NCBI GenBank assembly: GCA_964016885.1
Contig: OZ024743.1
Span: 179,428,001-179,492,000, forward strand
Length of the DNA: 64,000 nucleotides
Direction: 5' to 3'
Source of the DNA: Eledone cirrhosa
Lineage: Eukaryota
Positions 53,894-64,000 of this stretch are shown piece by piece; positions within the stretch are counted from its first letter, which is position 1, and every line of letters begins with the position of its first letter. The notes under the pieces are model-generated. The model saw only the letters and a list, made by a program, of their open reading frames with translations, did not search any database and was not told the DNA's origin. The translations under genes and the position numbers were made by a program.

Positions 53894-56800
53894 GTGATAG
53901 CTATTATACAACCGTGCAATATTAATGATATTGTGCAACAAAAAGTGCAATAAGGATGAAATGTACAAGAAAAAACAGAAAAGAACATTCTAAGACGCTG
54001 GAAATGAGATCTACCTGGAAAACAGCGGAAAGCACATTTTGTTATAGACATATAACTGAAAGAAAAATATACGAGTAGCATTATGGGAAAAATGGAAATA
54101 AAAAGAAAAGGAAATCAACTGCAGCAAACCTGTCTATATGGGAACATACGTTGTAATATCAGATGTATTTCTATATTGCCTTAATGAACCCATATAAATG
54201 TTTGAATAATACAAAGTATAAGAACATAAGGTTATAACAATACATTTACTCAAATACAATCCCGAAATTGCTTTTTTCCTGTTCCGTAAACACGAGGTAC
54301 AGAGAAGAAAATTCCAATTGGAACTCAGCTTATTCAACCATCGAAAATCAGTTGGAAAGAAATAAGATTCGTACATCAACTATCGCACGAGTAACTAAGC
54401 TTACCAATTACAAAAGAATTGAATATTTTTTGGGAAACAATAATGAGAGATTTCCGCTGTAAGAAATGCTGCATCATTAGACGCTATATATTTACAGAAG
54501 CTGAAATGTGGACAGAAAATTAATTAAAAGCCTGTCTCTTGCAACACTTTCATTAGACTTTCAAAATATATCATATATTAATGTTATAGTTTAGATGTAG
54601 AAAGTCTTGTTTCACTTTATCACACATACATCCATGTATTTTTCACTACTTTCTCTCCTTTTCTCTCTTTCTCTCTATGTCTGTTTGTCTCTCTTCTATA
54701 TTTCGAATTTACCTCTACAGCACCATACCAGACACTGGATAATTTTTCATGCCTGTGTTACGTCACGTGAGAAGTCTGCTTATTCGCTAGAATATGGCAG
54801 TAGTAGTCCGTGAGGATAAATAGCCATTTAGCTATCGTTGCCCTCTGTTTCCACCAGGGAGCGGCTGTTGATAAAGTGGTGTAGTTAATGTCGTGTATAT
54901 ATTTCACTGCGTATCCACTGTAAAAAACGAGTTGCAAATGCACATATCCGATCAATCTACATTGTGGAAAGCTAGGTCAGGGACACTGTGCAACTGCACT
55001 TAATGGTCTTTCAATCGGGAAGTTGTGAGTTCTATTCACGGACTGAGTGATGCGTTGTGTCCTTGAGAAAGACTCTTTATTTCGCGTTGTTCAAGTTTAC
55101 TCGGCTCTAGAAATGAGTTGATTGGTAAGCATTCTGACTACAGACTCGCACGAGAATACGTCCAAATCTTTCCTCCTTCAGTGAGTAATGAGAATAACTG
55201 ATTTGTAGTGAATATTTTACATGATGGAAACTGAAGTATCCCTGCTAACGAATGTCATATCATTGCAAACATAATAGAATGTAATTACAATTGGTTTACA
55301 TAGAAACAATGTTGAATTAATGAGGAATATTATAGCTGGAAAGAGGAAAGACTCTAACTTATCCACAATGAAAGAAATCTTTACATGTTTTATGCTATAC
55401 TATAACGATCCACTGGAATGGATATCAGTTTCTATGAAGCACACCCCAGTATATATCATAATGACTAATATGAGGTTAATCCGTTTTAATTCACAATGTA
55501 GCTTGAATGATGCCAGTAATATAGTCAGGAAATTACTGGCTCAAAATCCTCAAACTGCCTCAGAAATACGAACACCTTTAATATTAAGGTCATTTATTCT
55601 CGACTGGACAACATGTGTCCAACGATCAAACTCTATAACCGACATCACATACGCATTGTTCCTATCACAATGACCTACATTTACCTGTCGAAATCTCTCT
55701 AGCCGCCCAAGTAAGGCTGTTGTTTCAAAGCAGAGATATATCAAACATTTCCAATGCATTTAACCATAAATTCCCCATGTATTCATCTATTATTTCATAG
55801 AAAACCAATGCATCAATGCATATATAACAAAATAAGTTTTAAATGACCGATGTTTTTTTTAAAGCCGGCACAAGGTGGTAGAAAACATGAAGGGCAAATG
55901 ATGGTATGTTTTATACAGTGTATTATGGCATGATATTTCAGGGCTCTTACCCTCTTTTCATATTCGAAGCTGAAACAAGTTTTAGTTTCGAGCTAAAGAC
56001 AGATCGCCTTATCCTCACGTTTGCACACGACTGTCTTAGAAATGTTAAAATAATAGGATTCTCACGGATGGAATGTTGTTATTCATCGTTCTCCTGGATT
56101 AAAGTTCAGCTGGGGTAAACCAACTATAACATCTACTAATTCGAAAAACAATCAAGCCACTTTTAGAGTGATAATGCTTGAATGTTTCTTATACATGATG
56201 CTGCACTGAAAGTTTTAATAAGTGCTATAACCAGATCCAAAACATGCCTTTCGGTGTTTATCTGCACAACATATATTTCTCCACCATTTGCTAAATTGTT
56301 ATGCTGGAAATAACACGATAACTTTTAAGTAACGTTAACGTTGACATATTTATACTCTGCTACAAGATTGCAAGATGTTGACACTTCCACAAACTCAGTC
56401 AAAGCACATCCACAATAAATCTTTGTAAATTGAGAAAGTATGAAGACAAACAAGAAATAATCTTATCTGATATCTCTTACTCTGCTCCCTGAAGCGAAAA
56501 AATTATTGTTGTATTCTCAGATTTCCTAAAGGATATTCTCAAGATTGTTATATTTTCTTTCCGTTTAACTCTTTCATCTCATATACCCATCATCGAGTTT
56601 GCTTATCACTTCTATCTTTAACAGTTGCATATGTATGTTATTTCTTTCGTTTCATTTCAGCTGCTAAATACGTTTGCTAGATAGATTGGGAATCACTGCA
56701 GAGTAAGATAGTATTGTATTGTTGTATATTCGCACGCAAAATTATTTAACGTTGTTATTTCGCATAGTTTTCTTCAAGTTACTGCAACACAGGAAGGCGC

Positions 56801-57305
56801 GTGTTACTACATAGCTACATAGCATACCATCTTTTCCGACTGATCTATTCCCTAAATATATGTTGGTATTGTAAATAGTAAATAAATATATATATGTCTA
56901 TCCTATATATTGAAGGCAACATAGGTTGATTTGTACTGGGAAATTAAGATGTTTCTCTTTTGGTAATCATATGTAGGGCTAGATTTTTACCTTTTAAAAA
57001 TAAATTTTCAGACAGTTGCTGATCGAGGAAAATGGAGAACTGTTTGCCTTGAAAGAATAAAGGACTTGGAACATTTTTAATCTGGTCCATCTTTGTGATC
57101 CAAGATCCGATCAAATATCCCTCCTGTATTTTTCATAGTCAACCAAATTTGATGCTTCTTTCAAAACCACAATTTCCTATCGCTCAACAATTCTAAAAAA
57201 TAGTTTGTATATATATATATATGAAACATAAATTTAAATTTTGAAGACCAACACACTGCTTCAAGCAAGCTACACAACACTGTTATATAAATATATATAT
57301 ATAGT

Positions 57306-57435
<130 letters not shown>

Positions 57436-57794
57436 TGTCTCTGTGGGTTTGTGTATGTGTGTGTTTATGGGGAGTTTTGAAGTTTTATATTTACCTGCTT
57501 CAAGTGTGACAGTTATAAACACCCACTATTGTGCCTGGGAAGTTTGGTTACGAGAGACAATTACGTTATTCAAAAGTTTTGTCAAAGATCTATTCCGAGA
57601 GTATATGAAAAGGGACAATGGTTCATATTAATGTGACAATATTCAACAACGCTCTGAAAATACATATGACATGTTGGCTGCTAAAGATCATCAATTTCTT
57701 AAACACACAGACAGACGCACGCTCTAGCATGCAGACACACATGCACGGACATTTTCTCTGACTTTCTCTTTCTCTCACTTTTATCTTCTGGCAG

Positions 57795-58130
57795 TAGGCG
57801 CATGGATTAGTGGTTAGAGCATTGGTCTTGCAATCGGGAGGTTGTGAGTTCGATTCTCCGTCAGGGTAATGTGGTGTGTTTTTGTGCAAAAGTCTTTATA
57901 TGGTATTGCTCCAGTTTACTCAGCAGTAGTAATGTGTGACAACGGCACTAATACCAAGTTGTGTTGAACACAGCTTTACCCGTGAACAAAATTAGTAACT
58001 CGGAGAGAGAAGCCTGGGTGACTACTGGTCTTCCACAATCAACCACGCCCAGATTTGTACCCCGGAGAGGAACTTTCTATGTGTAAATCCCATTAATATT
58101 TGTGACTCAATGTGGTGGTATTCTTTACCC
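57795..58130 (+). mobile_element. Second tRNA-headed SINE family
   Basis: A-box TGGATTAGTGG and B-box GAGTTCGATTC are followed by a non-tRNA body. Related heads lie at ~55000 and ~35155. Confidence 0.6.
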
Positions 58131-58421
58131 TTTATACGCATACAGAAGTATATATATATATAATGTATTGGTGTATCTCAATCTTTTAACATGTTTTAAA
58201 CTTTTAAAATTCATTTTCATTCAAACCATAATTCACACACACACCTACAGACATACGCACACACACACACAGACACACACAGACACACACACACACACAC
58301 ACACACACCACACACCTATCTACATTTCTAGACTCACATAAATGAATAATAAAACGTAAAACACGCCATTCACAATTTTAACAATTATCATCTCGATCGT
58401 ATGTTCCAACTATTATTTCTT

Positions 58422-58690
58422 TTGGCAGTCTAGGTAGAGGGTCGGACGCCATGTTAGGGCGGTGGATTGGCAGTATCGGTAGAGGGTCGGACGCCATGTT
58501 AGGGCGGTGGATTGGCAGTATCAGTAGAGGGTCGGACGCCATGCTTTCCAGCATAGTTACGTCCCTTTACGATCTGAGTTCAAATCCCGCCGAGGTTGAC
58601 TTTGCCTTTCATCCTTACGGGGTCGATAAAATAAAGTACCAGTAATGCACTGGGTAATTGCTGGCCTTGTGCCTAAAGAAGAAACAATTA
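58422..58690 (+). mobile_element. tRNA-derived SINE with a triplicated 45-bp head
   Basis: GTCGGACGCCATG occurs at 58441, 58486 and 58531, followed by the B-box and the conserved body. Confidence 0.85.
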
Positions 58691-58792
58691 TTTCTTCTTT
58701 CCATCTCTCAACACTTCACTAACCTCACGTCTAGGTTACCATCAGTCTTCACTTACGTAACACTACCAGGGACGACACGCAACTGCAATATC

Positions 58793-58869
<77 letters not shown>

Positions 58870-58999
58870 GATGAATAAACCAGTATTAAACTAGTTAGAC
58901 CATTGTTAATCAGAGTAATCGATACTTGGGATAATAGAGCGTGACTATATTTGAAAGAGTTGGAGCCCGACGATTCAACACCTAGTTCCAGACTTATAT

Positions 59000-59700
<701 letters not shown>

Positions 59701-59943
59701 AGTGAAGAAAAAGGAGAGAGAGACGTACATTTTCTGTAATTTCCTATACCTAAAAATAGAGACGCGAGCTTGATGTAACGAAATAGGAATGAAACCATTA
59801 CGACCAAAGAAATTTAATGTACACATAATATATTATTGATGCATCTAAACATAATTAGATCTAAAGGTAATTTGATCTTACGTGTGAACTGATGTTGCAA
59901 TTACGATATCTGGCCCTCCTATTATTTAGTGTGGTGATTATTA

Positions 59944-60102
59944 GCAGAAACATAGCAGTTACATTGTAACGTAATGCAGAAACATAGCAGTTACATTGTA
60001 ACGTAATGCAGAAACATAGCAGTTACATTGTAACGTAATGCAGAAACATAGCAGTTACATTGTAACGTAATGCAGAAACATAGCAGTTACATTGTAACGT
60101 AA
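59944..60102. repeat. 32-bp minisatellite, ~5 identical copies
   Basis: Unit GCAGAAACATAGCAGTTACATTGTAACGTAAT, with an internal palindrome GTTACA-T-TGTAAC. Confidence 0.95.
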
Positions 60103-60356
60103 AATTAATTTTCATTAGAGATTGTTAATATTGGTGGAGAACATCTATTTGCGAAGCAGTTGTATCATTTCTAAATCTAGGCAACCACAGAATTCTACTT
60201 TTGAGGAAGTTGGTCGGCTGCCATGGCTTTTCAAGATAGCTGAAAAGCTGTAGAGAATGCTCATGAAATTAAGGCAAAAATGACTAAACATTCCTCAGTC
60301 ATTTGTTGAATGAATGAATTAATTCAATCATTAATCAATTAGTCAGAGCACTATGA

Positions 60357-60404
<48 letters not shown>

Positions 60405-60406
<2 letters not shown>

Positions 60407-60780
60407 GAAAAAAGATCGTGCCTGATTGTGGATGTGGCCTGCCCGTTCGACACGAGAGTGCAAGAGAAGGAGAGGGAGAAAATTAACCGATACCAGGACC
60501 TAAAGTGGGAGGTGAAAGGGATTTGGAACTGCCATGAAGTCAAAGTGATCCCGATTGTCATAGGCGCACTGGGGACTATCTCCAAAGGTTTCCAGGGATG
60601 GTTAAAGAAAATCGGCCCCTTCACGCTTTTTGGAACGCTTCAAAAGGCATGCTTGCTTGGAACGGCAAGAACCCTCCGATACGTCCTGAATATCTGAGGC
60701 TGCAGGTAGTGGCTTGATATTCAATCCAACGGACTTTCCAGTTAACCAACATGAATGACTGAGATTCAAGGAATAACAAT
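60405..60780 (+). mobile_element. 5'-truncated R4/Dong-like 3' end (same family as the 48806 element) inside (AAT)n
   Basis: CLIVDVACPFD...EKINRYQDLKWE...PIVIGALG...LQKACLLGTARTLRYVLNI*. (AAT)n lies on both sides. Confidence 0.88.
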
Positions 60781-60783
60781 AAC

Positions 60784-60817
<34 letters not shown>

Positions 60818-60951
60818 GCGGCCGGCGGGGAATAGCCATGTCCCTAGGGTAGAACGACCCCTCTAGTCTTGGTTGACACTCGTTCTAGAAGTGGTAACAC
60901 GAAATGATTACCCCTTGGCGGATAAGGATAAAACGCGACAAAATAAAGTAA

Positions 60952-63792
60952 ATGTCTAATGATAAAATCTCATACCGGATCGGCCGTCACCCGGGTAAAA
61001 AAGGGCCGCGTCCCTCAGAGAGGAACCAGACTGGGGTCGAAAAATCAGCTAATGGTTCAAACCTTCCCATCACTTCGGAGCTGGAGACCTCCCATAATCG
61101 GAATACTCCTACTGTTGGCCCTCCATGCTCACCACCAAGAAATCCAAAGAAAAAGAGAGAAAAATGGTCAAGGGAAGATAATAAAGAAGTCCTTGAGGCT
61201 TTCTACACTGCCATGTACTACCCATCAAATACATCGAATACAGAACAAACATATATCAACTGGAAAAAGAAACATCCCGAAAACAGAGGCTATATTGACA
61301 GTAACAAACTAGCCAATATACGAAGAAATATTGTAAGAAAAAAGTTACTAACTGATATAGAAATTGATCAGATCAAGCTAGTAGCACAAAGTCAGCAAAG
61401 GGAAAATGAAGCATGTGTCAGTGAAAACGAGGTAAACTGTAACACTTCGAATCCCAGGGTTGGGGCGGAATCATTAGTAACAGAACAAATTAAAGAAAGG
61501 AGCGAAAAAGTGGAGGGAGTGCATGCTCAGGATGAAACTCCAAATGAAAATAATGAGATCGTAAATGATAAAGAAATGAATGAGAATGAACTTGCCAACT
61601 TGAAGGATGAAATTATGATCGAATGGATGAAAATGAAAGAATCTGACATGGGGCAACGAGACACCCTCCCTAAGATCCAGAACTCCAAACAGAACCAAAA
61701 GATAATACACAAGACTAACATAATTCTCAAAAACATTATCATCACAAACAAACTAAACATTACTGACTTAAATCATCTCTATTATGCATCGGCTAAAGTC
61801 ACCACTCACTTATGTGGAGTGAAGATGAAAAAACAAAGGAATTCTCACAAGAAATCTACTTGGCAAGATAACATCAATCGCCAAATAAACCTTCTCCGAT
61901 CTGACATAGAAATTTTAACAAACTATAAAGTAGGTGAACATGTTAAACAAACTAAACTTAGAAAATTGAAAAAAAAGTACAGTATAAGATCAACATGTGA
62001 CATAGACATGCTGATAGAAACAATCAAGCAAAAAGTGTCGGCCAAAGCTGCTCGTATAAGGCGCTTTGAAAAACGATCTAGATTCTATAAGGACAATAAT
62101 ATGTTCAAAAACAACCAAAGAAACTTCTACAGAAAAATTGGTAAGTCAACAATAACTGCTAAATCAATACCACCCAAGGAGGAAGTGCAAGAATTCTGGG
62201 AAAAGATCTGGGCCGAAGAAAAAGTTCATAACATACATGCCCCATGGACAGACAGACAAATGAAAGAAACAGCTCACCTTGAAGAACAAACATGGGAAAA
62301 TATAACAGTTGAAGAGCTGCGCTTGGCTCTAAGAAAAACCAGCAAATGGAAATCCCCAGGAAAAGACAAAATACAAAACTTTTGGATAAATGCCTTCACA
62401 GAGTCTCATGAGCTGTTAGCCCAACTTTACAATGAAATAGTTAAGGAGCCAGAAAAGATACCATCATGGCTAGTTAACGGCATTACATTCCTGCTACCGA
62501 AGAATGATGAGACAAACAATCCCAAAAATTACAGACCGATAACCTGCTTGACCACAATGTATAAAATTTTAACATCAGTCCTAACTGAATACACATATGA
62601 CCACCTGATAACAAATGACCTATTTCCCATTGAGCAGAAAGGGTGTAAACGAGGCTCATATGGCTGTAAGGATCAGCTTCTGGTTAACAAAATGATACTG
62701 GAAGATTGTCATAATAGACACAAAAATCTATCGATTGCTTGGATAGATTATAAAAAAGCATTTGATAGTTTGCCACACAGTTGGATTGAAAAATGTTTAG
62801 AGATTTTCAAAGTATCCCCCGTTGTCAGGAGGTTTTTGTCATTCAGTATGAAGACATGGAAAACGACACTCCTTTTGAATAGTGAAACAAAATCACTGGA
62901 AGCTGGAGAAGTTAATATTAATTGTGGAATTTTTCAGGGTGACTCTTTATCACCGCTTTTATTCTGCATCGCACTTATACCATTAAGTAAAATGCTCAAT
63001 GAAACAAAACATGGATATAAAGTCTATGACAAAACCATTAATCACCTGTTCTACATGGATGACCTGAAACTATTTGCAAAAAATGATGAACAATTGCAAG
63101 GGCTATTATCCACTGTGAAGCAGTTCAGTGATGACATTAAAATGGAGTTTGGACTAGATAAATGTGCCAAAGCAACGTTCACCAGAGGAAAGCTGCTGAA
63201 GAGTTCAGACATTAATCTTGATCGGGGGAACGTGATAAGAGAACTTGATCAAGAAAAAACTTACAAATATCTAGGTGTTTGTGAAGGAGACGGAATCAAG
63301 CACTCGACAATGAGGGAAAGGATAAGGAAGGAATGTTACCGCAGAGTAAGAGCAATCTTAAGAACGGAATTGAATGCAAGGAATAGGATCGATGCCATAA
63401 ACACGCTTGCCATACCAGTAGTAACCTACAGTTACAATCTCATCAACTGGTCAAGCACAGAGATCCGTAGGCTCGATACAAAAATTCAAAAACTCTTAAC
63501 CATGCACAGAATGCATCACCCTAAGGCAGATATAGATAGAATATATCTCCCTAGGAAAGAAGGAGGACGTGGGTTAATCCAGTTAGACATTGCGTTGAAA
63601 ACTGCAACAATTGGATTATCTACATATCTAAGGGAATCACATGATTGGATGATCAAACTCGTTTTGAAACACGAAAGCATCAAAAGATCATATTCCATTA
63701 CAAAAGATGCACAAAGATACAGTAATGGACTACAAATTTCAGAAGTCCCATTTACTGCTGAAATGGAAAACACAGAAAAAGCAAAGCAGTAG
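60952..63792 (+). CDS. R4/Dong-like ORF (N-terminal domain plus RT), open for 946 aa and cut before CCHC/RLE
   Basis: KWSREDN..V..AFY; KWKSPGKD, NYRPITCL, WIDYKKAFD, GIFQGDSLSPLLF, LFYMDDLKL, YKYLG, RIYLPRKEGGRGL. The element starts at 60817 right after (AAT)n. Confidence 0.9.
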   Translation: MSNDKISYRIGRHPGKKGPRPSERNQTGVEKSANGSNLPITSELETSHNRNTPTVGPPCSPPRNPKKKREKWSREDNKEVLEAFYTAMYYPSNTSNTEQTYINWKKKHPENRGYIDSNKLANIRRNIVRKKLLTDIEIDQIKLVAQSQQRENEACVSENEVNCNTSNPRVGAESLVTEQIKERSEKVEGVHAQDETPNENNEIVNDKEMNENELANLKDEIMIEWMKMKESDMGQRDTLPKIQNSKQNQKIIHKTNIILKNIIITNKLNITDLNHLYYASAKVTTHLCGVKMKKQRNSHKKSTWQDNINRQINLLRSDIEILTNYKVGEHVKQTKLRKLKKKYSIRSTCDIDMLIETIKQKVSAKAARIRRFEKRSRFYKDNNMFKNNQRNFYRKIGKSTITAKSIPPKEEVQEFWEKIWAEEKVHNIHAPWTDRQMKETAHLEEQTWENITVEELRLALRKTSKWKSPGKDKIQNFWINAFTESHELLAQLYNEIVKEPEKIPSWLVNGITFLLPKNDETNNPKNYRPITCLTTMYKILTSVLTEYTYDHLITNDLFPIEQKGCKRGSYGCKDQLLVNKMILEDCHNRHKNLSIAWIDYKKAFDSLPHSWIEKCLEIFKVSPVVRRFLSFSMKTWKTTLLLNSETKSLEAGEVNINCGIFQGDSLSPLLFCIALIPLSKMLNETKHGYKVYDKTINHLFYMDDLKLFAKNDEQLQGLLSTVKQFSDDIKMEFGLDKCAKATFTRGKLLKSSDINLDRGNVIRELDQEKTYKYLGVCEGDGIKHSTMRERIRKECYRRVRAILRTELNARNRIDAINTLAIPVVTYSYNLINWSSTEIRRLDTKIQKLLTMHRMHHPKADIDRIYLPRKEGGRGLIQLDIALKTATIGLSTYLRESHDWMIKLVLKHESIKRSYSITKDAQRYSNGLQISEVPFTAEMENTEKAKQ

Positions 63793-64000
63793 ATGACGGA
63801 CGCGATGTACGCATTCGCCACCTCCGCGCGACCTTTCAGTGATAGCTTCCTCCCAGCCCATTTTTGGGTGAGACTGGCTACTCTGCTCGTTAACTCGTCC
63901 CAATTCTTTTCCACCTGGAGGTCTGGTCCGAACCAAACCCCGAGCAACTTTACCGCTCCGTCCGTCCAGCGCCCCACGACGCTGTTGGACGACATGGGCT
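63788..64000 (-). pseudogene. Internal Tx1/L1 ORF2 fragment interrupting the R4-like element
   Basis: VVGRWTDGAVKLLGVWFGPDLQVEKNW...SLKGRAEVANAYIASVIY is homologous to 37008-37220. Confidence 0.9.

Noticed and set aside
56641-56710. Exon-like segment (polypyrimidine-CAG ... GTAAGA)
   Set aside because: All three frames contain stops. A non-coding exon cannot be excluded, but nothing supports it.
53910-57070. Faint RTE-like peptide traces (also RT-like traces at 8560-9030)
   Set aside because: They are too eroded to delimit or assign with confidence.
57797-57868. tRNA-like sequence
   Set aside because: It has A and B boxes but no acceptor stem and runs into a SINE body.
59944-60102. 32-bp palindromic repeat resembling a CRISPR repeat
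   Set aside because: The copies are contiguous with no spacers, there are no cas genes, and the context is eukaryotic.

Overview
Gene-poor, AT-rich animal genomic DNA made almost entirely of microsatellites and transposable elements. The recurring tRNA-derived SINE (...GCCTTTCATCCTTACGGGGTCGATAAAATAAAGTACCAG...) looks like an octopod cephalopod SINE (inference). I found no host protein-coding gene. Coding remnants include Penelope-like elements (PLEs) of two types: CxCx5C-linker (Hydra-like) and CCHH (Neptune-like). Also present are an intact Tx1/L1 ORF2, R4/Dong-like RLE LINEs in (AAT)n, RTE and bipartite RTE derivatives in (TATG)n, CRE and CR1 fragments, an IR/DR Tc1 transposon, a mariner derivative and MITEs. 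The main hidden signal is about 25 type I hammerhead ribozyme (HHR) motifs, found by eye, from a dozen or so sequence families. Many sit in non-coding fold-back (hairpin) insertions in which both HHR copies always read outward toward the flanks. The set includes U3-A8 and U4C core variants, a ~110-nt stem II HHR with covariation, a canonical monomer-competent HHR inside a 678-bp direct repeat, and a ~420-bp retrozyme-like unit. All structures were folded by hand and coordinates may be off by a few bases.
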